Source of the DNA: Candidatus Dojkabacteria bacterium
GTDB lineage: Bacteria > Patescibacteriota > Dojkabacteria > JAFGLO01
Length of the DNA stretch: 57,550 nt
Direction: 5' to 3'
Assembly (NCBI GenBank): GCA_016927995.1
Contig: JAFGLO010000001.1
Location: forward strand, 1-57,550
Of this stretch, positions 1 through 9,934 are shown piece after piece. The position numbers and the translations under genes are program-made. The notes under the pieces are model-generated. The model was given only the letters and a program-made list of their open reading frames with translations. It was not told the origin of the DNA and did not search any database. Within the stretch, counting starts at the first letter, position 1. Every line of letters starts with the position of its first letter.

Positions 1-11
1 ATATATATATA
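1..11. repeat. (AT)n dinucleotide run truncated by the window edge
   Basis: atatatatata at positions 1-11, 34 nt upstream of the ATG at 46. The architecture matches the (TA)10 upstream of the ORF at 22196. Confidence 0.5.
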
Positions 12-45
12 ATAGCGCAATTTAGGTAAATTTAGCTATATACAA

Positions 46-600
46 ATGCCAAAAGTCGACTTCAGTCAGTTTTTAATGCGAGCCGAGCCCACAGAAACCA
101 GTCCTTCTAGTCCCGACTCACCTAGAAGACCAAGTTCTGGACAAATAATAAAATTCGTTACTGATCAACTTCGAGATCCAAAGAATCGTCCAAATAATGT
201 ACTGCTTGCATTACCACCTGAGCAAAGTGTAGGCCCGACTGTAGCTACTATAAATAGAGAACAGAACATTATCGAACAACAAGAGTACGCTCTATCATCA
301 TATTTTGGAATGAGCACAGCATTTCCCACGGTAGAGAATAGTTTGGTGTGGAAGTCACAAGAGTCCTATTCTCTTGTGATGGGTATTTTATGGCAAATGT
401 TTGATCAAAATGAACCACAAGTAGATGATGGATTTATTTATCCATTACGTTGGAAATGTACAAGCGACAATCCCAACCTTGAGTTAAGAGAAGTTCAGGC
501 CGCTATTCTTAAGACAATGCATACACTTTATAATGCATCACCGCCGGAAAACAATCAAACAAGTATTGAAATGATCGGACTTCCACCTAGAGCAGCTTAA
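46..600 (+). CDS. hypothetical protein
   Basis: 184-aa ORF with an ATG start and a Pro/Ser-rich N-terminus. I recognise no motif. Confidence 0.4.
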   Translation: MPKVDFSQFLMRAEPTETSPSSPDSPRRPSSGQIIKFVTDQLRDPKNRPNNVLLALPPEQSVGPTVATINREQNIIEQQEYALSSYFGMSTAFPTVENSLVWKSQESYSLVMGILWQMFDQNEPQVDDGFIYPLRWKCTSDNPNLELREVQAAILKTMHTLYNASPPENNQTSIEMIGLPPRAA

Positions 601-614
601 TAAATTCAATCCCC

Positions 615-1997
615 CTACGCTCCCGCCCTTAAAAGCTCCTTCAGATTCTTAAGCCCGATAACACCGGCAGGAGATTTAGTCGAACCCTTGGTAACTTTAA
701 TGTCTGCATAAGCAGAAGTATAAAACTTTTTATAACCTATTTTTTTCATAGCATTAACCCGCTTTGAAAGCATGTCGGGAGCACGCACAATTCCGCTAAG
801 CGAAATCTCCCCTGAAAAAATCGCATCTTTTGGAATAATCTTCCCCTTAAGCGATGAAATAATAGCAACGGCAGTAGCAAGGTCAATATAAGGCTCTTTA
901 ACAAAGAGCCCGCCGGCAATATTTACAAAAATATCGTACTTACCAAGCGGAAGTCTAAGCACTTTTGAAAGCACGGCCACAATGATTTCAAGCCGCTGTT
1001 TAGTTATTCCATGGGCCATTCTACGTGGCATTTGATAAACGGATTCAACCACCAACCCTTGCACTTCAACAGCCAAAACCCTGCTACCTTCAAGAATTGA
1101 GGCCATAACACTACCTGCGGTATTCTCACCAACTGCAGCAAAAATGTTAAATGTATTATCGATATCGGAAAAGCCTGATTCTTTCATTTCTAAAAGACCA
1201 ACTTCCATAGTTGAACCAAACCTGTTTTTGGCTGCCCTAAGCACACGCACGGTACTATTGGGAAGAGATTCCAGATATAAAACAGCATCAACCATATGTT
1301 CGACAAGTTTGGGCCCAGCAGTAAAACCGTCTTTAGTAACCTGCCCAACAATTACCGAAATAATACCCTTTTCCCTTGTGGCTTGCACAATTTTACTGCA
1401 CACAATCCGAGATTGGCTTACCCCACCGGGTATACCTGTAGACTCGTCGGACGATAGTGCCTGAAGTGAGTCCCATACAACCAGTTGACCGGTCTTGGGT
1501 TTAATTTTTGAAATGATTTCTTCAACGCTGCGCCCTTCAACAAGCTTTACGTCCTCGGGTAATTTTTTACCGGCAATTCGTTCTATCCGTTTGGCAACCT
1601 GGGTAAGACTTTCCTCTGCCGTAACATAATACCCGCCACCCTTTTGAGAAAGCAAACTGGCTAGTGCAAGCGTAGATTTACCAATACCCGGCTCACCGCT
1701 TAAAAGCACTGCAGATGCCGATACAAATCCTCCACCCAAAACAAGATCAAATTCGGAAAATCCACTTGAGGTTCTAATATCGGTAGACAAGTCAACGTCA
1801 GCAACACTTTTTACTGTAGCCTTGCGGGCGCCAGCCTTTGTACTTTTGGTAGCATCGGCCGTAAGCCGGCCACTGCCTTCACTTTCACTCTCGGAAAATG
1901 GAGTCAATGTACCCCATGCACCACACGCTTGGCATTTGCCTGTCCATCCAAGACTTTCGGCTCCGCATTCTGTGCAAACGTAGATATCTTTTTTCAT
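615..1997 (-). CDS. radA: DNA repair protein RadA/Sms
   Basis: N-terminal zinc ribbon CTECGAESLGWTGKCQACGAWG, Walker A GEPGIGKST, KNRFG motif, and a Lon-like C-terminal domain. 460 aa is the typical length. Confidence 0.95.
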   Translation of the reverse strand: MKKDIYVCTECGAESLGWTGKCQACGAWGTLTPFSESESEGSGRLTADATKSTKAGARKATVKSVADVDLSTDIRTSSGFSEFDLVLGGGFVSASAVLLSGEPGIGKSTLALASLLSQKGGGYYVTAEESLTQVAKRIERIAGKKLPEDVKLVEGRSVEEIISKIKPKTGQLVVWDSLQALSSDESTGIPGGVSQSRIVCSKIVQATREKGIISVIVGQVTKDGFTAGPKLVEHMVDAVLYLESLPNSTVRVLRAAKNRFGSTMEVGLLEMKESGFSDIDNTFNIFAAVGENTAGSVMASILEGSRVLAVEVQGLVVESVYQMPRRMAHGITKQRLEIIVAVLSKVLRLPLGKYDIFVNIAGGLFVKEPYIDLATAVAIISSLKGKIIPKDAIFSGEISLSGIVRAPDMLSKRVNAMKKIGYKKFYTSAYADIKVTKGSTKSPAGVIGLKNLKELLRAGA

Positions 1998-2017
1998 TTG
2001 GTTGGTTGTTAGTTATT

Positions 2018-2045
2018 CGTAGGGACAGGTTTTAACCTGTCTTTA
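2018..2045. repeat. REP-like palindromic repeat, degenerate copy
   Basis: cgtagggacaggttttaacctgtcttta. The stem pairs fully on the plus strand if G-U pairs are allowed. It shares the CGTAGGGACAGG arm with the other copies. Confidence 0.7.
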
Positions 2046-2135
2046 ATACCAACCAATGTTATCAGATTACAAGGATATATTTAAGGGGCCAATATTCACA
2101 TGATGACAAAATTGCCAATTACAAATCGGGAAAAC

Positions 2136-2163
2136 AGAGACAAGTTAAAAACTTGTCCCTACG
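2136..2163. repeat. REP-like palindromic repeat, degenerate copy, inverted relative to 2018-2045
   Basis: agagacaagttaaaaacttgtccctacg. Its reverse complement, cgtagggacaagtttttaacttgtctct, matches the family arm. Confidence 0.7.
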
Positions 2164-2191
2164 GCTACGGCATTTCGTCAACGGTGACCCG

Positions 2192-4738
2192 TTATCCGGT
2201 TGAATTCACGGTAACTCGTCCCCTATCGACCGTAATTGGCAATTCAACCCGCTTTGACCCAATTGGCGAACCATTTTCAATAATATAATCAGCAATAACG
2301 GTTTCAAGATTCCGCTGAATGGCCCTTCGCAAAGGTCTTGCGCCATATTCCTGATCAAACCCTTCCTTTAAAAGAAGCTTTCGCACTTTATCGTCAATTT
2401 TTACTTTGATCCACTGATCGGCAAGTCTTTCATTAAATTCTTTAACCAAAATGTCGATAATTTTACCAACCTCGGGCTTTGTAAGCGGCTTAAACACTAA
2501 AATCTCGTCGAGTCTGTTTAAAAGTTCGGGCTTTAAATAAGCCTTAAGTTCCGAAAGAAGCTTCTCCTTTACACTTTCGTAGTCCCACTCGGGCTTTTCG
2601 TCTTCCAGTGCCTTAAAGCCCACGGTTCCACCAACTTTAAGCTGATCAATTCCCACATTAGAAGTTAATATAATAACAGTGTTTTTAAAGCTCACCTTAT
2701 TACCCTTGCCATCGGTAACATGACCATATTCCAAAACCTGAAGCAAAATATTAAGAACGTCTTCATGTGCTTTTTCTATTTCATCGAACAATACAACAGA
2801 GTAAGGATTATTCTTGACTTTTTCCGTAAGCTGGCCACCCTCTTTATACCCAACATACCCCGGAGGAGACCCAATAAGTTTGCTCACACTGTGCATTTCC
2901 ATAAGTTCACTCATATCAATCTGAATCAGCCGATCGCTATCACCAAATAACTCTGTTGCCAAACTCTTGGCTAGTTCAGTTTTACCAACACCTGTAGGGC
3001 CTAAAAACAAAAATGAAGCCCATGGACGCTCTGCATCGGAAATACCGGTCCGTCCACGTTTTATAGCCTCGGAAACACGTTTAACTGCCTCGGCTTGCCC
3101 AATAACCCGTTTTGATAATACTCTATCTAAGTTTTTAAGCGCGGATGACTCTTTTGTAGTTAATGTGGACACAGGAATTCCTGTCCAGTCGGAGATTACA
3201 CTTCGAATCACATCCTGAGTAACAACTTTTATGTTTTTAACACTTTTATCCTTTTGAACCTTAAGCTCTGTCATATATTTTTTCATATTTTCTTCCATCA
3301 CACGCAGATTTTGAGCAGCCAACAAATCCCCTTTATTTATTGCCTCTTCTTTTTCCAGAATAAGCTTTCTAAAATCCTCCTCAACCACTCCAAGATTGGT
3401 CTTCTGTTCTGCAATTATTTTTACTGTTGCACAAGACTCGTCCAAAAGATCAATTGCTTTATCGGGCAAGTTACGGTCACTTACATACCTATCGGACAAC
3501 CTAACGGCAGCTTCAACTGCTTCTTTTTCAATTTTTACCTTATGATGATTCTCCAAGAGATCCGATAATTTTGTTAAAATCCCAACAGATTGCTTAACAG
3601 AGGGCTCGTCAATAAATACCGGTTGGAACCGCCTATTAAAAGCTGTATCATCCTCGAAAATACTTCGGAATGCGGCTGTTGTGGTAACTCCAATGCAACG
3701 GATTTGACCGCTTGTAAGCTCGGGCTTTAAAATGCTTGCAATATCTGATCCACCTGAAGAAGCTGAACCCGCAGACAAAAGTGTGTGAATATCGTCGAAG
3801 AACAAGATAACATTAGGACTTCGTTGAGCAAATTTAAGGATTGCCATAACCTTTTCCTCAACATCACCCCGCATATTACTACCTGCAACAATTTTATTGG
3901 CATTAATTCGAAATACTCTAAAGTCCTTAAGTGATACCGGTACCATATTTTGAGAAATCCGCTGAGCCAGCCCCTCAATTAATGTCGTTTTACCAACACC
4001 GGGTTCACCTACAATAAGTGCATTGTTCTTTTTGCGCCTTGCTAGAATATTTACAAGTTTTTCAAGCTCGACCTCGCGACCAATTAAAGGATCAAGCTTT
4101 CCTTTTTCGGCAAGTAGGGTTAGGTCATCGCCAAAGGCTCTAAGCACTGGTGGAATCTTGCCATCCCCCGGAGCTTTTCCTGTTAGAATCCCTTCGGGAT
4201 ATGAAATAAAATCCAAAACCAATCTTTTTGCCGACTGCTCGCTTATACCAAGTTCGGAAAGTTTGTTAACAAGTTTGGTTTTACGTTTAAGTGAGGCCAG
4301 AAACAGATGCTCGGTTCCAACGTAAATATGATTAAACTGACGTGCGATTCTATATGCGTCAACAAGCAGATCTTTTATCTCGTTGGATATTACTATTGAT
4401 TCCGAGGCTTTAGGTATCTTCTTGGCTATCTCAGCAAAATCTATGGACACGGCTGTATATCCCCAAAGCAGTTTTTCTTTATCGAACCCTATGGCAGAAA
4501 GCATGCGCGATACAATACTGTTGGGATTTACTACAACAGCACGAATAATATCATCTATCGAAATTTCTTTCCGCTTTCCATGAATAGCAAATAAACTAGC
4601 AATATAGAAAGAAATCAAGGCATTGTTACTTAATCGATTAAACGGATTTACCTCTCTAGGTCTTAGCGCCATTTTAGCAATGTCAATTAATAAGTGCCAA
4701 GATATTGTAACATACGTAGGGATAGATTTTAAACCCAC
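2192..4738 (-). CDS. clpC: ATP-dependent Clp protease ATP-binding subunit (ClpC/ClpA class, two AAA+ modules)
   Basis: Two Walker A motifs (GEPGVGKTT and GPTGVGKTE), a Clp-N-like N-terminus, a short middle domain and a VGF tripeptide that may form the ClpP-docking loop. The true start may be the internal Met at 4672 (MALRPREV...). Confidence 0.85.
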   Translation of the reverse strand: MGLKSIPTYVTISWHLLIDIAKMALRPREVNPFNRLSNNALISFYIASLFAIHGKRKEISIDDIIRAVVVNPNSIVSRMLSAIGFDKEKLLWGYTAVSIDFAEIAKKIPKASESIVISNEIKDLLVDAYRIARQFNHIYVGTEHLFLASLKRKTKLVNKLSELGISEQSAKRLVLDFISYPEGILTGKAPGDGKIPPVLRAFGDDLTLLAEKGKLDPLIGREVELEKLVNILARRKKNNALIVGEPGVGKTTLIEGLAQRISQNMVPVSLKDFRVFRINANKIVAGSNMRGDVEEKVMAILKFAQRSPNVILFFDDIHTLLSAGSASSGGSDIASILKPELTSGQIRCIGVTTTAAFRSIFEDDTAFNRRFQPVFIDEPSVKQSVGILTKLSDLLENHHKVKIEKEAVEAAVRLSDRYVSDRNLPDKAIDLLDESCATVKIIAEQKTNLGVVEEDFRKLILEKEEAINKGDLLAAQNLRVMEENMKKYMTELKVQKDKSVKNIKVVTQDVIRSVISDWTGIPVSTLTTKESSALKNLDRVLSKRVIGQAEAVKRVSEAIKRGRTGISDAERPWASFLFLGPTGVGKTELAKSLATELFGDSDRLIQIDMSELMEMHSVSKLIGSPPGYVGYKEGGQLTEKVKNNPYSVVLFDEIEKAHEDVLNILLQVLEYGHVTDGKGNKVSFKNTVIILTSNVGIDQLKVGGTVGFKALEDEKPEWDYESVKEKLLSELKAYLKPELLNRLDEILVFKPLTKPEVGKIIDILVKEFNERLADQWIKVKIDDKVRKLLLKEGFDQEYGARPLRRAIQRNLETVIADYIIENGSPIGSKRVELPITVDRGRVTVNSTG

Positions 4739-4775
4739 CCTTTACATAACAATTGCAAGCAAAAGACTTGAGCGT

Positions 4776-5960
4776 TTACGCCAACCCCAGCTCTCCTAGT
4801 TTGTCCTTTTCCTTCTGGTCGGGTTTCTCGTTAATACGCTTTAAGCTTAAACGTAAGTGACGTTCTGTTGAAGAAATTGAAAGAATTTTAACTTTTATTT
4901 TATCGCCTTCTTTAACAAAATCGTTTATATCCTTGACAAGATCATATGAAACTTCCGAGATGTGAACGAGTCCGTTTAAGCCTTCTCCTATTCGTACAAA
5001 GAAACCATAATCGACAATCTTTTGAACCTCACCATCGACAATATCACCTACTTTATATTTGGCAATCGCCTGTGACCATGGATCCTTTTGAAGTCGCTTA
5101 ACGCTATATGCTACACGTTTTCCACCCTCGGTAATGTCGATTACCAAAACCTTTATCTTGTCACCGACTTTAAACAGTTTTCCGGTGTCCTCGACTTTAT
5201 CCCATGAAAGTTCCGAGAGGTGAACAAGTCCTTCAACTCCTTGCGCATTTACAAAAATTCCGTAAGGAGTTATTCCACTTACCTGGGCATCTAATGTATC
5301 ACCAATTTTCATTTTTCTTAAGGTGTTCTCGCGAAGCTTAATATCACGCTCCTGAGTTACCATCTTTTCGGAAAGGATAATTTTGTTCTTTTCAATATCA
5401 AGTTCGATAATTCGAACTTTCATTTTTTCACCAACAAGATCTGCAAGATTCCCTTGAACACGCTGGGAGATATCCTTACCCATGAGTTTTTTGCCATCGG
5501 CATAAATTCGACCGGCATCAACCTGAGAAGTTGGAATAAATCCACGGATCCCGCCCTCTATCTCACAGATAAGTCCACCATTATTAGCCTCGACAACATC
5601 AACCTCGATAATACTGTTATCCTTTCGTGCAGTTTTAAGATCGAGCCAGCGCTTTGCCTTATCTGTCCTACGTAATGACAAAACAAGCATTCCGTCGGGA
5701 TCTTCTGGAGTAACAACGTACACCAAAACAGGATCACCTGCCGAAAGCTTTTTAACATCGATAAGTTCACTTTTAAGCTCACGCCCCGTAATAACACCTT
5801 CGGACTTCCATCCGACATCGACAAGTACAGCACTCGGAGCAATTTCCACTACTGTACCTTCTATTATTTCACCCTTCTTGGGAACCTTTAAGGTCTCAAT
5901 TTCCTTGAGTAGTTCTCCAAAATCGGTGGTAGTTTTTATATTTGTTGCCATATTATGCAA
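4776..5960 (-). CDS. rpsA: 30S ribosomal protein S1 (multiple S1/OB repeats)
   Basis: Repeated S1-domain signature (G..v.G.V..i...G.fV.i) occurs several times across 394 aa. The start may be the Met at 5951. Confidence 0.85.
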   Translation of the reverse strand: MHNMATNIKTTTDFGELLKEIETLKVPKKGEIIEGTVVEIAPSAVLVDVGWKSEGVITGRELKSELIDVKKLSAGDPVLVYVVTPEDPDGMLVLSLRRTDKAKRWLDLKTARKDNSIIEVDVVEANNGGLICEIEGGIRGFIPTSQVDAGRIYADGKKLMGKDISQRVQGNLADLVGEKMKVRIIELDIEKNKIILSEKMVTQERDIKLRENTLRKMKIGDTLDAQVSGITPYGIFVNAQGVEGLVHLSELSWDKVEDTGKLFKVGDKIKVLVIDITEGGKRVAYSVKRLQKDPWSQAIAKYKVGDIVDGEVQKIVDYGFFVRIGEGLNGLVHISEVSYDLVKDINDFVKEGDKIKVKILSISSTERHLRLSLKRINEKPDQKEKDKLGELGLA

Positions 5961-6058
5961 CCTCCTTGTTTTTTACGCCTATGGCGTATATCTCGGTAGT
6001 ATAATATAAGTGAACAAGAAGTGCAAGCATCGTGCAAAGCGAATGTGCAGACCCGCTA

Positions 6059-7771
6059 CTACTCTGTCGCGCGAAGTGATAATACTATTTGGTCATAGAT
6101 AGCAAGTTCAGAATCTGGGGGAGTTGAGCTAAAGTACATAGAAACGTCAGCAGCCTGTATACTTCCAGCTTCCTCTTCAAGCACAAAGAGAGTTGTTTCA
6201 AATATTTTATCAACAACGGCGTTTGAAGAATCACCAGAACACCAACATTGTGGATCGAACGTTGATTCATCACAGGTTTTGGGGCCGTGGCACATTGCTA
6301 TATAATTCACATAACCGTGGAAATCAGCCCCTTTTATTCTCAAAAGATTTTGATTCCAGAGAGTTCCGATATTCACGTTAGAAGATAAATCTGATATTTC
6401 AGGAAATCCACCAGCACCTAACCCAGAGGCGAGCTTAATAACCAGCTCGGAGGTAGGAGCGGATATCGTTAACGTAGCAATATAGCCTTCGACTTCATTA
6501 TTTTCGCTAACAGACCAGTCGGACGGATAATCGAAACAGATTTGAGGACTTTCGGAACAATATGTAACCCAATTTGCGCTTGCATCAGGTTTTTTCTGAT
6601 ACATCTTTATTACGGCACCTTGCAAAAGTCTTATGTAACCATGTCCTGTAGCAACACCCATATCCTGTACTTGGGCAGCTGTAGCGGATATTTTTACTGT
6701 GTCACCAACAGCTAAATCGTTAAATATTTGAAACTTCGACTTATCGGTATTCGCAACTAAAAGATGTAAAGCTGTAGAACCAGTTTGCCCTACAGGATTA
6801 AACGCAACATAGTCACTTGAGCCGTTGTAATTAACGTCCACGTAGGTTGCCAATATACTTATATCTATACCATCAACCAGCTTAAAATAATGGTTCCCGG
6901 CAGCGACACCAGCCTCTTCATAGGCACCGGAGATTATATAAGCAATTCCCGCATTATAAGGATAAACTAAAGGGAAATTGGGAAGCTCTGAAGCTTCGAG
7001 TAAATAATGATTACAATAGGACAATTCGTAATTACAGGTATAAAAATCTATAAACTCCTTATTGGATCCATGATATCCACCCATAACCGTATACAGGTTG
7101 GTAATTTGGTCAAGTTGTATCTCCCCGTTACTCTGGATTCCACCACCTTCGGTTCGCAGGATTATCTGATCGATAACCGAGAGTGTATCGTCAATGTCAG
7201 AAACGGAGCTAAAGCTTACGTACGCACCACCAACCGGAGCAAACTCAGGACCACCGGATGAGCACGGAGCTCTAATTTCCGGAAAAAGTTCATTTGGAAC
7301 ACATTCAGATTCAGGAAGAAGTCTCTTATACCATGCCTGATACTTATATTTAGGGTCGGAAGGATTATCGTTTTCGACCATCTTGGTTCTGATAAGCGAT
7401 CCTTCTAATACTGTAAATCCCTCATCAACATTTGATGGATACGCCTCACCATAACTCTGTCCAATTGTTAATATTGCACTCTCATAGGAAATAGTATAGT
7501 TACAAAAATTCTCCTGTGTAACAGTTGCACCTTCAGGTACTGCCAAATCTAAATACCAACCAGTACCATATACATCACTGCAGGTAAAATGTTCGATATT
7601 GTATGTGACTACATCTTCGTTTGTTTCCTCTTTGGAGGGCTCTTTTTTGCCTAAAAATGGTAACTCGTGACCGGTTGCTACGTAAACTGCAACTCCCAAT
7701 ATAGATAGTGTAAGCACTGATATACTTCCATAAAGAAGTATAGGCTTTATTTTCTGCCAGTTAAGTTTCAT
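6059..7771 (-). CDS. hypothetical membrane-anchored or secreted Cys-rich protein
   Basis: 570-aa ORF with an N-terminal hydrophobic anchor (ILLYGSISVLTLSILGVAVYVATG) and many Cys residues. No enzymatic motif recognised. Confidence 0.5.
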   Translation of the reverse strand: MKLNWQKIKPILLYGSISVLTLSILGVAVYVATGHELPFLGKKEPSKEETNEDVVTYNIEHFTCSDVYGTGWYLDLAVPEGATVTQENFCNYTISYESAILTIGQSYGEAYPSNVDEGFTVLEGSLIRTKMVENDNPSDPKYKYQAWYKRLLPESECVPNELFPEIRAPCSSGGPEFAPVGGAYVSFSSVSDIDDTLSVIDQIILRTEGGGIQSNGEIQLDQITNLYTVMGGYHGSNKEFIDFYTCNYELSYCNHYLLEASELPNFPLVYPYNAGIAYIISGAYEEAGVAAGNHYFKLVDGIDISILATYVDVNYNGSSDYVAFNPVGQTGSTALHLLVANTDKSKFQIFNDLAVGDTVKISATAAQVQDMGVATGHGYIRLLQGAVIKMYQKKPDASANWVTYCSESPQICFDYPSDWSVSENNEVEGYIATLTISAPTSELVIKLASGLGAGGFPEISDLSSNVNIGTLWNQNLLRIKGADFHGYVNYIAMCHGPKTCDESTFDPQCWCSGDSSNAVVDKIFETTLFVLEEEAGSIQAADVSMYFSSTPPDSELAIYDQIVLSLRATE

Positions 7772-7873
7772 AACATGTAATGTTAAATTAAACAGGCGCT
7801 AATTTAGTATACGCAAATTCGTCAGAAAAGGTAACTACCTCATATTAGTAATATTTGGTAGACTAAATACAAG

Positions 7874-9751
7874 ATGAAAAGAATTGATTCCATAATAGCA
7901 CTAATTTTGGTTATTACTGCCACTGTTCCTTTTATCTTACTACTTACCCTTAAAGAGAATACCCCCATAAAACAAGATGTATTGGGAACCGGCGGGGTCA
8001 CCTACTACGTATCAACCACCGGAGACGATAATAATACCGGAACCCGTGAGTTACCTTGGCGTACCATCAACAAGGCAGCGAATTATACCGGACTTAATCC
8101 CGGTGACACGGTTTGCATTCTGCCCGGGGATTATGCCGAAGAAGTAAGACCGGGTAGAAGTGGCGTACAAGGAGCAAGAATTGTTTTCAGTCCCTGTGAA
8201 GGTGGTACTGTCCGAATTGGTAAGTTTCTGTTAAATAACATCTCCTATATAGAAATAACTGGATTTGAATTTGTCCAAAGCCTTACAAATGATTCATGGG
8301 AACATTTTGCCATTCAAATTAAAAATAACAGTAATTATAATCTAATAAAATCAGTAAAAATTCATGATTTTGAAGATTGGTTTGGAATTAAAATTCACGG
8401 ACAAAACCCGATAGGAAACATCGTTGAAACTAGCCAAATCTGGAATATGAGATCACTCCCATATACCGATGTTCACGGAATAATGATATCAAATGATAAA
8501 AACTCGAAAATTCAAAATAACAGCATTTGGAATATCGAAGGAGACTGCATACAAACATATCCACCTGACTCTCTCTCCGACAAAGGAAACACATATATCC
8601 TTAATAATCACCTCTATGTAGAAGATTCATTCGCTATAGGCGCCGAAAACGCAATAGATATAAAGCAGGCTTCGCAGACAGGAACCTTTCTAGTAAGTGG
8701 CAATATAATTCATGGATTTAGGCCACACGATGCTTCTATTGGAGGGTCCGGAGGCGGAGGCGGAAGTGCAATTGTTATTCATCAAGATTATTCGGATAAT
8801 ATAACACTAAACGGCAACTATATATACAATTGTTACAAGGCCATCTGGATTGCAAAAGACTACGCATACTCAAACATAAAGATTCAAAACAATATTATTT
8901 CAAATATCAAAGCCCATCCCTGGTCTATTGCCGGAGAAACCTATGCAATTATGTTTTATGGAAATCTAAACAATATTATTGTCGAAAATAACACCTTTCT
9001 AGACACAACAACCTCGATGTACTTTATGCCATCCCTTTCCATGAATAACTCGTATTTGCGAAACAATCTTTTTTATAATGCCGGTACAATCGGTGGATCA
9101 AATAAATTTACAAGTGTCTCAAACAATGCATGGTTTAATACAACAGGTACACTGCCTGGGGCAAACGACATAACTGGTAGTAATCTGGGGCTTGTAAATT
9201 TTGTGTACTCCATTCCAGGAACAAGTGTATCTATTCCTGCAGGAACAACCGCTTCAAGTGCGGTAATAAACAAAGGAATAGCAACTTCACTAACGACCGA
9301 TTTTTTGTCTCATACGAGAGATTCCGTTTTTGATATTGGAGCAATTGAATATATAGCACCAGCTACACCCGAAAATCCGAATCCTCCACCCGAAAATCCG
9401 AATTCTAACGATCAAGAAACAAATAATGCTAACCAAGGAGAAGACGTAGATACAACACAAGACCAGGAAGCAACACCGGATAAAGAGAACTCAAATGAAA
9501 CGGGAATAAGTGAAGAAGCAAATTCGACCAGTGGCGACAACAATTTTATATACCCAATCTTAGAAATACAAGAAACAATTAAAAAAGTAGCTACAGAGAG
9601 TAACTGGACTAGATTTGGGGTTGCAAGTGGTGTTACAGTGAGTGTTTATTCGGGACTATGGCTTTTAGCAGTTAAACTTAACCTTCCTCGGCATTTTACC
9701 TTTGTGCTTTTTAGAAAAGAAAGGAAATCTGATTCGTGGGATTGGAGCTAA
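7874..9751 (+). CDS. surface protein with right-handed parallel beta-helix (pectate-lyase-like) repeats and a C-terminal anchor
   Basis: N-terminal signal/anchor followed by YYVSTTGDDNNTGT...PWRTINKA, typical of beta-helix proteins, and periodic N.I/N.. repeats. A PENPNPP/PENPNSN low-complexity linker (21-bp tandem repeat near 9365-9406) precedes a C-terminal TM segment. Confidence 0.6.
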   Translation: MKRIDSIIALILVITATVPFILLLTLKENTPIKQDVLGTGGVTYYVSTTGDDNNTGTRELPWRTINKAANYTGLNPGDTVCILPGDYAEEVRPGRSGVQGARIVFSPCEGGTVRIGKFLLNNISYIEITGFEFVQSLTNDSWEHFAIQIKNNSNYNLIKSVKIHDFEDWFGIKIHGQNPIGNIVETSQIWNMRSLPYTDVHGIMISNDKNSKIQNNSIWNIEGDCIQTYPPDSLSDKGNTYILNNHLYVEDSFAIGAENAIDIKQASQTGTFLVSGNIIHGFRPHDASIGGSGGGGGSAIVIHQDYSDNITLNGNYIYNCYKAIWIAKDYAYSNIKIQNNIISNIKAHPWSIAGETYAIMFYGNLNNIIVENNTFLDTTTSMYFMPSLSMNNSYLRNNLFYNAGTIGGSNKFTSVSNNAWFNTTGTLPGANDITGSNLGLVNFVYSIPGTSVSIPAGTTASSAVINKGIATSLTTDFLSHTRDSVFDIGAIEYIAPATPENPNPPPENPNSNDQETNNANQGEDVDTTQDQEATPDKENSNETGISEEANSTSGDNNFIYPILEIQETIKKVATESNWTRFGVASGVTVSVYSGLWLLAVKLNLPRHFTFVLFRKERKSDSWDWS

Positions 9752-9793
9752 GAATATTGCGTGATACTCTTGTTTCCCTGTATAATACTTTAT

Positions 9794-9865
9794 GCGGGTA
9801 TAGTATAACGGTTATTATGTTGGTTTTCCAAACCAAGGATACGGGTTCGACTCCCGTTGCCCGCT
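9794..9865 (+). tRNA. tRNA-Gly (anticodon UCC)
   Basis: Cloverleaf folded by hand. Acceptor GCGGGTA/TGCCCGC, anticodon stem TTGGT/ACCAA with loop TT-TCC-AA, T arm ACGGG-TTCGACT-CCCGT. No encoded CCA, and the D stem is weak (U13-U22 mismatch). Confidence 0.9.
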
Positions 9866-9934
9866 TATGAGCGTTTTGACGAGCCCCGCGAAGGCAAAAA
9901 TATCATAAACGGCAATCTGCCTTCTTTCATTAGC

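Noticed and set aside
2100-2288. 62-aa plus-strand ORF in the clpC-radA spacer.
   Set aside because: It runs through a REP-like repeat into the antisense of the clpC 3' end. There is no ribosome-binding context or motif.
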